64,000 nt of DNA, taken from positions 660,582 through 724,581 of the forward strand of contig JACKPQ010000001.1 in assembly GCA_024233435.1 (NCBI GenBank). The letters run 5' to 3'. Positions 47,250 through 55,288 of this stretch are shown piece by piece. Origin of the DNA: Chlamydiales bacterium (lineage in GTDB: Bacteria > Chlamydiota > Chlamydiia > Chlamydiales > JACKPQ01). The position numbers and the translations under genes are program-made. A model generated the notes under the pieces. That model did no database searches. It saw only the letters and a program-made list of their open reading frames with translations, and was not told where the DNA came from. Each line of letters opens with the position of its first letter. The first letter of the stretch is position 1.

Positions 47250-48494
47250 TTATAAAGCATCAAGATAGGACTCTCCTTCCCTATTTAACACATAGCTCAA
47301 GCTGAAATCATAGCTAAGCATCCAATCTACTGACTTTTGATAACCACCACGTACAGCCATGTGAATTGGATAATCCTGTTCAAAATTACCTTGACAGTAG
47401 AGGAGCGTGGGGTCTTTTTCAACGAACAGCTTTATCAGTTCGAGGTGACCCGACTGGGCTGCCTCATGAATGGGAAGCTCACCGTGGCTATTAGGAAGAT
47501 CTAGAAGTTTTGGCGCCTTTTCAAGAATCCACCTGGCCATACGCAGATCCCCATTATATGCAGCAAAGTGTAAACAAGTCTCTCCATGATCAACTTGAAC
47601 TTCCAGCAAGATAGGATCTTTCTCCCACATCCATTTCAGGGCATCAAAATCTCCCTGTTTAGCCGCGCAATGGATAGGCAACCATCCATCTTCATCCTCA
47701 TTGGACAGATAAAGCCTTGAAACACCTCCCTGACGGATAATCTCCCAATCTTTATCCCAATTCTTACCATACAATAATGGTGGTGAGTACTCTATGATGG
47801 AATGGTCCATAGAGGTTTCAAGCTTTGCGCAGAGATCAGAAATTGAGCTAACCTCATGATGCCGCTCCAGATCTGGGTCTAATAACCAACACATCTTGTA
47901 GATCATCGAGATCGCTAAAAGAAGTTCAAACCTTGTAAAAACTAAGGAACGAGTCTGATTAGCCGAATGATTACTCCACAGGCTTACTGCAGCAGAAGAA
48001 AACAAATCGGCCTTTGTTGGATCCTGAAAGAAAGCGATGGCTTTTTTTAGCCAGGTCATGAACATGCCAAGCTCATCTTCGTTCATTAGCTGATTGAGAT
48101 CAAACTCACGGCTACCAAAAGCGCAATGAGTGATAAACTCAGTAAACCGGCCAAAGCAGCCATTAATATTTTTAGAGTCTTGCTCATCAGCAGAGTAAAC
48201 AAATACCTTTCCTGCAGCATTATAAAGATAAATATCCTCTTGGTGTTTGCAAAGAACGATGCCCTTAAGGTTACCTAGGCTTGGTTCAATGTAAATTCTA
48301 TAGCCCCCAAGCTCAAGACTCCCTGTATCAGACACAAAAGCTTTCAAGCTTTCAGACATGGGGCATTGCAATTGCTTTTCTAGAGCAGATGTGTTTTGAG
48401 TGCATTTCGAGTCGTCGATCAGGTAGGGAACACCCGCCCTTTTCATCAGAACTTCAAAATTTGGACGATACCAAGAATTCAACACCGTTTTCAT
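47250..48494 (-). CDS. SUKH (SMI1/KNR4)-like N-terminal domain fused to C-terminal ankyrin repeats
   Basis: The C-terminus has 4-5 ANK units (GWLPIHCAAKQGDFDALKWM, GETCLHFAAYNGDLRMARWIL, GELPIHEAAQSGHLELIKLF, YPIHMAVRGGYQKSVDWML). The N-terminal segment ALEKQLQCPMSESLKAFVSDTGSLELGGYRIY resembles the SMI1/KNR4 motif region, but the match is weak. Confidence 0.65.
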   Translation of the reverse strand: MKTVLNSWYRPNFEVLMKRAGVPYLIDDSKCTQNTSALEKQLQCPMSESLKAFVSDTGSLELGGYRIYIEPSLGNLKGIVLCKHQEDIYLYNAAGKVFVYSADEQDSKNINGCFGRFTEFITHCAFGSREFDLNQLMNEDELGMFMTWLKKAIAFFQDPTKADLFSSAAVSLWSNHSANQTRSLVFTRFELLLAISMIYKMCWLLDPDLERHHEVSSISDLCAKLETSMDHSIIEYSPPLLYGKNWDKDWEIIRQGGVSRLYLSNEDEDGWLPIHCAAKQGDFDALKWMWEKDPILLEVQVDHGETCLHFAAYNGDLRMARWILEKAPKLLDLPNSHGELPIHEAAQSGHLELIKLFVEKDPTLLYCQGNFEQDYPIHMAVRGGYQKSVDWMLSYDFSLSYVLNREGESYLDAL

Positions 48495-48523
48495 ACCTCA
48501 ATAAGTATTATTATTAAAAGCAG

Positions 48524-49786
48524 TCATTTTTCACAACCAGCGTCTGTCTCTTTTACAAGAGTTTGACTGATTTCAAGAGGTAAAAATAGGTACTTAAACG
48601 CCAATAGGCATTCAGATGGCGTCAAAGAATAATCTCGGCCATTTAGCTTAATTCTTGAAGAGGTCCATCCTAAATCGCCCTCTACAGCCTCAGGGTAAAA
48701 AATGATTTCTCCCCCCTTAAAACTAAAATCTCCCTTTTCAACAATCTGCTGCCCATTTTGAATCTGATAATGACAGCTCCCTTCTTTACCTCTTATCAAC
48801 GTCCAAATTTCATCTGTTTGCAGGTTTTCCCACCGGCACTCATCTCCTTCAGTAAAAAATATTGACTCATCACACTTAATGGCTTCCATTTGACGTTCAC
48901 AAGGATAATTGTCCGCCTTTTGCAACATGATAATCCAATCATAGATCGATTGATTTTTTTGCGGGCAGTGGCAAAGGGGCGTCATTGTGCCATCTAACTC
49001 CATCTGCTCATAATCATCATAGGCCGCACTAAGCCACTCATGCCAAGTGGCATGCCCCTTAATCATACCCTCCAGAATATTTTGATGATACTCCTTATCT
49101 TCGGTATGCTCTTGGACAAGCTTGGCATTCCGTGCTACTATATCTTGATATACACAATCGAGATGCGTTAGCAAATGAGCTTCAATTTGATTGGCAAGCC
49201 ATGGATCAAAAGGCCTCTCTTGTCTCAGATGATATAAATTCAATGAAGTGTCTTTCACATTGTTTAGTGAACTCATCCGTTGTGTTTCATTGAATGGAGC
49301 AAAAAGCCCTAAATACCTCTCTCTGATCGTAGCATTACGCCACGGGATCCAACGAGCACCACCATACAGATGGGCTTCATGAACCATGCTTCCGCCAGCT
49401 ACCTGTAAACGCAACATCTGGCCATACGCCCCTTTTAGTCGTTGCCAGACCAACTCTTCGGCTTGTAATTGGCTTGCTCTTTGTTGATAAAATTGCTCTA
49501 AGGCTCCAATGAACTCTTTAGAAACCACCAGCTCATCTGCTCTTGCTTTTTCCTCGAGTGAAACAGCATTTTGATTGAGCCACTCTGTTACGCGCTGATA
49601 AACGTGAGCATAATCCTTATCCAATTCCTCATTGACCGCAAAGAGAGTGTTCCTGTCCAATTTCTGACATCCTAACGCCTCCAACTTCGCACTAGCTCGC
49701 AAATACAAATCACCTCTTGTATCCAGGTATGGGCAATAGCCAATAATGCAGCACGATAATAGAGTCAGACACGGAATCATTTTCAA
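48524..49786 (-). CDS. Hypothetical secreted/lipo-protein (420 aa)
   Basis: Hydrophobic Cys-rich N-terminus (MKMIPCLTLLSCCIIGYC). No further motif recognised. Confidence 0.55.
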   Translation of the reverse strand: MKMIPCLTLLSCCIIGYCPYLDTRGDLYLRASAKLEALGCQKLDRNTLFAVNEELDKDYAHVYQRVTEWLNQNAVSLEEKARADELVVSKEFIGALEQFYQQRASQLQAEELVWQRLKGAYGQMLRLQVAGGSMVHEAHLYGGARWIPWRNATIRERYLGLFAPFNETQRMSSLNNVKDTSLNLYHLRQERPFDPWLANQIEAHLLTHLDCVYQDIVARNAKLVQEHTEDKEYHQNILEGMIKGHATWHEWLSAAYDDYEQMELDGTMTPLCHCPQKNQSIYDWIIMLQKADNYPCERQMEAIKCDESIFFTEGDECRWENLQTDEIWTLIRGKEGSCHYQIQNGQQIVEKGDFSFKGGEIIFYPEAVEGDLGWTSSRIKLNGRDYSLTPSECLLAFKYLFLPLEISQTLVKETDAGCEK

Positions 49787-49905
49787 ATGCTAAACAACTT
49801 GACCGTTAATATCAATTCTTGTTAAGATCTATGGAATGAAGCTTTCTTACAAGCTCTTGAAGAGATCGACAAAATCTACCATGAAGTTTTAGAGAACCTT
49901 TCAAA

Positions 49906-50062
49906 GGGAAAATCCCGCCCTGTTTGCGATATCCTACTGGAGTACTTAAATCCATGATCTGCATTTCACGCCTCTCGCACATCCCTCCAAAATACATCAT
50001 TTCAGCAGGCTTCGCTCTCATTTTAGTAGCACTAGCTGCTATCGCCTATCTGGGATACCAAG
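49906..50062 (+). repeat. Direct repeat copy B (relic of the gshF 3' end plus 5' end of the disrupted coiled-coil paralogue)
   Basis: It encodes GKSRPVCDILLEYLNP* (gshF ends GKSRPVCDALLEYLNP*), followed by the same ATGA junction and MICISRLSHIPPKYII. Confidence 0.85.
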
Positions 50063-50563
50063 CCCAACTAGCACAAAATGCGAGCATCCAAGCGCTCGAA
50101 AAAGCTTTAGCTAAACAACAAGCAGAGTTAAAGGCTCTTAGCCAAATAACCAATCAAATAGCAGACCTAAAAGAGCGCATCCAAGCGCTCGAAAAAGCTT
50201 TGCCTGAACAAAACCCACGATAACCAAATAACCAATCAAATAGCAGACCTAAAAGAGCGCATCCAAGCGCTCGAAAAAGCTTTGCCTGAACAAAACCCCG
50301 AGCTAAATGCTCTTAACCAAATAACCATTCAAATAGCAGACCTAAAAGAGCGCATCCAAGTAACCGAAGAATACCTGTCCACTGAAAATACCATTCTAAA
50401 ATTACAGGTCAGAGGGTGGTTAGAGGAGCAACGTCACACTTCCATTGGACTAGCGCCATTAGAAGCGCATATCCGCGCACTCAAAAAGCAGCTAGCTCCT
50501 AGCGAGCAGGAGGATTTAGAGCTTGAGATACGCCTCGCTAAATTAAAAGAAACAAAGCCTTGA
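49954..50563 (+). pseudogene. Frameshifted paralogue of the 46068..47132 coiled-coil membrane gene
   Basis: It has the same TM-anchor N-terminus. The reading frame stops at 50221-50223 and continues in the +1 frame (track ORF 50282..50563). The break coincides with an 82-nt unit in an otherwise 93-nt tandem repeat. Confidence 0.6.
50086..50360 (+). repeat. 93-bp (31-codon) tandem repeat, about 3 units, one shortened by 11 bp
   Basis: The landmark ATCCAAG recurs at 50086, 50179, 50261 and 50354, giving spacings of 93, 82 and 93 nt. The units encode IQALEKAL(A/P)(K/E)Q..EL(K/N)AL(S/N)QIT(N/I)QIADLKER. Confidence 0.85.
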
Positions 50564-50583
50564 TGATAAAAAGTTGATCATTT

Positions 50584-50625
50584 TGTAGGGTTGAGTATTT
50601 GTAGAGATGGGGAAGTTGCTTGCAT
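50584..50625 (-). pseudogene. Relic of the first ~14 codons of a third ankyrin-like gene copy
   Basis: The reverse complement reads ATGCAAGCAACTTCCCCATCTCTACAAATACTCAACCCTACAA, which matches the 5' ends of the genes starting at 51917 and 53949 (MQATSPSLxxLNPT). Similarity stops abruptly at about 50584. Confidence 0.6.
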
Positions 50626-50750
50626 TTTACCTTCTTTATTCTTTTGTTTTTGATCCTTTTACTTTGCCTAAATAGCCTGGTAGTTCCACGCCTGCCATTT
50701 CAGCAACAAAGTTGCAGAGATCCATCTCTTGCATGCTTAAACTCTACGTA
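50626..50750 (-). repeat. Duplicated flotillin 3' tail plus spacer (copy C), containing a 32-codon mini-ORF (50636..50734)
   Basis: A 76-nt block matches 53950-54025 at nearly all positions. The minus-strand mini-ORF MQEMDLCNFVAEMAGVELPGYLGKVKGSKTKE* keeps the last 22 residues of flotillin (AEMAGVELPGYLGKVKGSKTKE*). Confidence 0.8.
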
Positions 50751-51917
50751 TTAAATAGGGAGGCCTTCAGCAGGACTCTCGCCAGAAACATTTTTCATCT
50801 CTGTAGTGTCTATCCCCAGCATTTGCAGCACCTCTGTTGAAACGCGATTCTCCTCATTGGCTTGTCTTAGCAAATTTGTAAACTTTACCTTAATTGATCC
50901 AGAAGACATGCCATTGAAGACATCCAAAGGACTCTCATCATTTTTTGCCTCAACACCTAACAGCTGCACTGCAAATTCTTTTTGTAGCAGTATGGCCGCT
51001 ACTTTCTCCCATTCTTCTTCCCTGACTTCTTCTGCCATTCTCTTAAATACTATATGCAAAACCGTATTTCCTTCCTCATCAATCGGGCCCTTCCACACCT
51101 CTACTGGAAAGTTATACTCTGTAATGAATTTAGAAAGCTCTTCAGGTTCCTCAAGCAGTCCACACAGAGGGGATACACCTTCCTTGTTCTTAACTTGCAA
51201 TAGATCTGCTGCAAAAGGTTTTTTTAACAGATTACCGATCCAATCATGATATTGAAAATATATAAGCTCTCTATGCAATACCGTGTTCCCTTTGTCATCA
51301 AATGGCATTTTCCATTCATCTAAGCCGATATCATCATTTGATGCAGCACATTCCATAAAGCATTTAAGTTCTATCTTATCATCATTGAAAAGCGATTTAA
51401 AAGCTTGGCATGGCCATATTGCCTTTACAACATTAGGAGCTTTTGGTAGTTGTTCCTTATAATAGAAGAGACAATCTGTTACTTTTTTAGATTTGCCAAA
51501 CACATCAAAAATCGCTTTTGCCATCACAGGATCGTCATTTTTCATTGCCTTTGTAAACTTTATGCATGCCGATTCCTCTGACATAAACAGGCATAGCCAC
51601 ATTGGATGTGCTACATCTTTCGGTAGTGCTTCCTTGTTATTGAGGAGGGTTTCTATTACTTCTTTAGCCTTACAGAACACATCCAAAATCGCTTTTGCCA
51701 TCACAGGATCGTCATTTACAGCCTCTTTAAGTCTTATGCGAGCCGATTCCTCTGACATAAACTGGCATCGTAGCCATGCCTTGCGCTCACTTGATGCTAG
51801 ATAGTAGATTGCCCCCAATGCAACGGTTGCAATGATTGCCAGCAGAGCAGTTTGTTGGCATTTAGGGCTCCAGTTTGTGGGGTTGAGTACTCGTAGAGAT
51901 GGGGATGTTGCTTGCAT
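50751..51917 (-). CDS. TM-anchored ankyrin-like repeat protein (short paralogue)
   Basis: The N-terminus MQATSPSLRVLNPTNW plus a TM (ALLAIIATVALGAIYYL) is shared with 52036..53949. There is a duplicated FMSEES..I....A...DDPVMAKAI.DVF module and ~77-aa units with ANK-like GNTVLH and NKEGVSPL cores. Confidence 0.7.
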   Translation of the reverse strand: MQATSPSLRVLNPTNWSPKCQQTALLAIIATVALGAIYYLASSERKAWLRCQFMSEESARIRLKEAVNDDPVMAKAILDVFCKAKEVIETLLNNKEALPKDVAHPMWLCLFMSEESACIKFTKAMKNDDPVMAKAIFDVFGKSKKVTDCLFYYKEQLPKAPNVVKAIWPCQAFKSLFNDDKIELKCFMECAASNDDIGLDEWKMPFDDKGNTVLHRELIYFQYHDWIGNLLKKPFAADLLQVKNKEGVSPLCGLLEEPEELSKFITEYNFPVEVWKGPIDEEGNTVLHIVFKRMAEEVREEEWEKVAAILLQKEFAVQLLGVEAKNDESPLDVFNGMSSGSIKVKFTNLLRQANEENRVSTEVLQMLGIDTTEMKNVSGESPAEGLPI

Positions 51918-52035
51918 TTTATCTTCCTTATTCTTTTGTTTTTGACCCTTTTACTTTGCCTGGGTAGCCTGGCAGCTCCACGCCTGCCATTTCAGCAACA
52001 AAGTTGCAGATATCCATCTCTTGCATGCTTAAACT
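51918..52035 (-). repeat. Duplicated flotillin 3' tail plus spacer (copy B), containing a 32-codon mini-ORF (51928..52026)
   Basis: Same 76-nt block and spacer as copy C. The mini-ORF stop lies 10 nt upstream of the ATG of the next ankyrin-like gene, as at the authentic flotillin stop. Confidence 0.8.
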
Positions 52036-53949
52036 CTACGTATTAATAGGGAGAGCTTCAGCAGAACTCTCGCCAGAAACATTTTTCACCTCTGTAGTGT
52101 CTATCCCTAGCATTTGCAGCACCTCTGTTGAAACGCGATTCTGCTCATTGGCTTTTCTTAGCAAATCTATAAAATCTATCTTAATTGATCTAGAAGACAT
52201 GCCTTTGAAGACATCCAAAGGACTCTTGCCATTTATTGCCTTAACACCTAATAGCTGCACTGCAAATGGCTTTTCTAGCAGCTTGACTGCTACTTCCGCC
52301 CACTCATTTGGAATCATTATACCCTTTTGATCAAATGCCGCATGCAAAACCGTATTCCCATCCTCATCGATCGGCATCTTCCACACCTCTACTGAAAAGT
52401 CATACTCTTCAATAAGTTCAGAAAGACATTCAGATTGATAATATGTCGAATGCAAAGGGGATACACCTATCCTGTTCTGTACTTGCAATAGCTCTGCTGC
52501 AAAAGGTTTTTGTAATAGTCCATGTTTCACTTCTTTCCATTCTGAGCAAATCGGAGCCTCGTTCATTGCTTTATGCAAAACCGTATTTCCCTCAGCATCA
52601 ATTGGGTTCTTCCACACCTCTACTGGAAAGTCATAATCTATAAGTTTACAAAGACTTTTAGGTTGAGAAAGCAGACTAGACAAAGGAGATGCGCCTTCCT
52701 TGTTCAGGACTTGCAATAGCTCTGCTGCAAATGGCTTTGCTAGCAGCGCAACTACCACTGATTTCCATTCATCTAAATGACATGAGAGATTCATTACTTC
52801 ATGCAACACTGTGTTTCCCCGTTTGTTAATTGAGCTCTTCAATACCTCTGCTGAAATGTCATAGTTATTAATAAAATCACAAGCACTTTTAGCATTAGAA
52901 ATAAGCTCAGACAAGGGACTTTTGCCTTCCTTGTTCAGGACTTGCAACAACTCCTCTGCAAAAGGCTTTGCTAGCAGTTTCACTGCTATTTCCTCCCATT
53001 CATATGACCATCTCCGTTCCATTGCTATTTGCAACACCGTGTTTCCTTCTTCATCGATCGGGCTCTTCCACAGTTTTGCTGAAAAGTCATCCCTTTTCAA
53101 AATGGCTGAAACTGTTTTACTCGTGACACTCCAGCGAGCAAAAGGGCTATTGCCTTTGTTGTTCTTAACTTGCAACAACTCCTCTGCAAAAGGCTTTGCT
53201 AGCAGTTTCACTGCTATTTCCTCGCATTCATCTGACTGTCTCATTCGTTCCATTGCTATTTGCAACACCGTGTTTCCTTCTTCATCGATCGGGCTCTTCC
53301 ACAGTTTTGCTGAAAAGTCATCCCTTTTCAAAATGGCTGAAACTGTTTTACTCGTGACACTCCAGCTAGCAAAAGGGCTATTGCCTTTGTTGTTCTTAAC
53401 TTGCAACAACTCCTCTGCAAAGGGCTTTGCTAGCAGTTTCACTGCTATTTCCTCCCATTCATATGACCATCTCCGTTCCATTGCTATTTGCAACACCGTG
53501 TTTCCTTCTTCATCAAGTGGCATTTTCCATTCTTCCAAGCCGATATCTTCCATTGTTAAAGCGTATTCTATAAGTTTTGAATCATTACTTTGGAAAAGCG
53601 ATATGAAGGCTGGGCCTCGCCATATTGCCTTTACAACTTTAGGGGCTCTTTGTAAATTTTCATGCTCATTGATAAGGCATTCTTTTACTTTTTCAGATCG
53701 ACAAAACACACCCAAAATCGCTTTTGCCATCACAGGGTCGTCATTTTTAACTGCCTCTTTAAATCTTATGCAAGCCGATTCCTCTGACATAAACTGGCAT
53801 CGTAGCCATGCCTTGCTCTCACTTGATGCTAGATAGTAGATTGCCCCCAATGCAACGGTTGCAATGATTGCCAGCAGAGCGGTTTGCCGACATTTAGAGC
53901 TCCAGTTTGTGGGGTTGAGTACTTGTAGAGATGGGGAAGTTGCTTGCAT
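52036..53949 (-). CDS. TM-anchored ankyrin-like repeat protein (long paralogue, six ~77-aa units)
   Basis: Same N-terminus and TM as 50751..51917. Six units follow the pattern WK.PID(E/A)EGNTVL(Q/H).A......EW.E.AVKLLAKPFA.ELLQV.NK.G.SP. It starts 10 nt after the flotillin stop. Confidence 0.75.
   Translation of the reverse strand: MQATSPSLQVLNPTNWSSKCRQTALLAIIATVALGAIYYLASSESKAWLRCQFMSEESACIRFKEAVKNDDPVMAKAILGVFCRSEKVKECLINEHENLQRAPKVVKAIWRGPAFISLFQSNDSKLIEYALTMEDIGLEEWKMPLDEEGNTVLQIAMERRWSYEWEEIAVKLLAKPFAEELLQVKNNKGNSPFASWSVTSKTVSAILKRDDFSAKLWKSPIDEEGNTVLQIAMERMRQSDECEEIAVKLLAKPFAEELLQVKNNKGNSPFARWSVTSKTVSAILKRDDFSAKLWKSPIDEEGNTVLQIAMERRWSYEWEEIAVKLLAKPFAEELLQVLNKEGKSPLSELISNAKSACDFINNYDISAEVLKSSINKRGNTVLHEVMNLSCHLDEWKSVVVALLAKPFAAELLQVLNKEGASPLSSLLSQPKSLCKLIDYDFPVEVWKNPIDAEGNTVLHKAMNEAPICSEWKEVKHGLLQKPFAAELLQVQNRIGVSPLHSTYYQSECLSELIEEYDFSVEVWKMPIDEDGNTVLHAAFDQKGIMIPNEWAEVAVKLLEKPFAVQLLGVKAINGKSPLDVFKGMSSRSIKIDFIDLLRKANEQNRVSTEVLQMLGIDTTEVKNVSGESSAEALPINT
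52925..53560 (-). repeat. Near-identical 228/231-bp intragenic tandem repeats (about 2.7 units)
   Basis: The landmark CTTGCAACAACTCCTCTGCAAA recurs at 52941, 53169 and 53400 (spacings 228 and 231 nt), and only a handful of substitutions are visible between units. Confidence 0.85.
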
Positions 53950-53959
53950 TTTACCTTCT

Positions 53960-55288
53960 TTATTCTTTTGTTTTTGACCCTTTTACTTTGCCTAGGTAGC
54001 CTGGCAGCTCCACGCCTGCCATTTCTGCGACATCGTGCAGGGCTGGGACGGATTTAACCATATTGCTCAAAAAGTTGGAAGTAGTTGTTCCTCTTTTCCC
54101 TTCTTTAGACTCTCCACTATCCCAGACGGTGATCTTGTCAATTTTGATGTTGCGGATTGCCTCGGTTTGTAGGCGCACTACTTCTTCTAGTTTCTCGATG
54201 AGCAACATTGAAGATGTATCATCTCCACAGGCGTCGACAAGCTCTTTAAAGCCTTTAGCTTTGGCTTCAAGGACCTTTTTTAGACCTTCTGATTCGGCTT
54301 GGCGCAGAGCCAAAATTGCATCAGCCTCACCTCGAGCTTCTCTGATGCGTTTTTGCGCTTGAGCATCGGCCTCAATCTCCATCTTCTGTTTGGCAATTTC
54401 TTGTGGAACGATTTGTGAAGCTTTTAAGCGCGAAGTTTCAGCTTCGGCTTTTGCGTTGTGAATCGAAACTTCTGCCACCTGATGGGCAACTTGAGAGCGT
54501 TTTTCAGCTTCAGCTTCTTTTTCCTTAAGAAGGGCATTCGTGGCTGCCATTTCTGCCTTGGCAAGGTTTTCGCCCTCTACAGCTTTAGCATGATGCATTG
54601 CCACCTGAATGCGGCGCTCACGATCAGCTTCAGCTTTACCGATCTCCCCTTTCTTCTCTTCTTCAGCGACATCAATTTTGGCTTGGTTAACAGCAGTTGC
54701 TGCCGCTTTTTTACCAATGCTATCGATGTACTCAGACTCGTCAGTAATGTCTGTGATATTCACGTTGATGAGCGTCAGGCCAATTTTATGGAGCTCTGGC
54801 TCTATGTTATTTTTAATTGCGTCTAAAAACCGCTCGCGATCTTGGTTAATCTCTTCAATTTTAAGCGATGCGACAGTTAAGCGCAGCTGGCCGATGATGA
54901 TCTCGGTTGCCATGCTTTCGATCTCAGCCACACCAAGCCCTAGCATGCGCACAGCAGCATTATGCATCACCTCTGGGGTGATCCCCACAGCAACAGTAAA
55001 GGTGCTAGGCACATTAATGCGGATGTTTTGCTGAGATAATGCACCTTTGAGCGGGATATGTATCGAGCGAGGGGTTAAGTTTAGGTAGGCACTCGCTTGA
55101 ATGAGGGGCCAAACAAACGTGCCTCCCCCGTGGTAGCATTGAACAGAGCGCTTTTGACCCACACGCCCAAAAACAACTAAAATCTGGTTAGAGGGACATC
55201 GACGATATATCTTTGCCAAGAATAGAAATGTTGCAAAAATAAAAGCAGCACCTGCAACAACTGCTGAACTAAAGAATCCACTTACCAT
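53960..55288 (-). CDS. Flotillin-like SPFH/band-7 protein (YqiK-like)
   Basis: N-terminal TM, an SPFH domain (ILVVFGR..., IRINVPSTFTVAV) and a long Ala/Glu/Lys-rich flotillin-type coiled coil (AAATAVNQAKIDVAEEEKKGEIGKAEADRER...). Confidence 0.85.
   Translation of the reverse strand: MVSGFFSSAVVAGAAFIFATFLFLAKIYRRCPSNQILVVFGRVGQKRSVQCYHGGGTFVWPLIQASAYLNLTPRSIHIPLKGALSQQNIRINVPSTFTVAVGITPEVMHNAAVRMLGLGVAEIESMATEIIIGQLRLTVASLKIEEINQDRERFLDAIKNNIEPELHKIGLTLINVNITDITDESEYIDSIGKKAAATAVNQAKIDVAEEEKKGEIGKAEADRERRIQVAMHHAKAVEGENLAKAEMAATNALLKEKEAEAEKRSQVAHQVAEVSIHNAKAEAETSRLKASQIVPQEIAKQKMEIEADAQAQKRIREARGEADAILALRQAESEGLKKVLEAKAKGFKELVDACGDDTSSMLLIEKLEEVVRLQTEAIRNIKIDKITVWDSGESKEGKRGTTTSNFLSNMVKSVPALHDVAEMAGVELPGYLGKVKGSKTKE

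Noticed and set aside
49812-50021. 69-aa minus-strand ORF spanning the gshF-tail relic.
   Set aside because: It lies antisense to the duplicated gshF-tail/coiled-coil junction, whose + strand reading is conserved between the two copies. It has no motifs.
50086-50360. Regularly spaced repeats, considered as a CRISPR-like array.
   Set aside because: The units are contiguous 93-bp coding repeats of a coiled-coil protein with no unique spacers and no cas genes.
52922-53836. 304-aa ORF on the + strand opposite the long ankyrin-like gene. Similar antisense ORFs occur at 50806..51249, 51493..51804 and 52004..52330.
   Set aside because: These ORFs are open only because the repeats are low in antisense stop codons. 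Their translations are Ser/Phe/Cys-rich and low-complexity and mirror the repeat periodicity, whereas the minus-strand products have coherent TM and ANK-like features.
54458-55034. Two overlapping + strand ORFs (122 and 141 aa) inside the flotillin gene.
   Set aside because: They lie antisense to an Ala/Glu/Lys-rich coiled-coil coding region, whose GCN/GAA/AAG codons give open antisense frames. They have no start context and no motifs.
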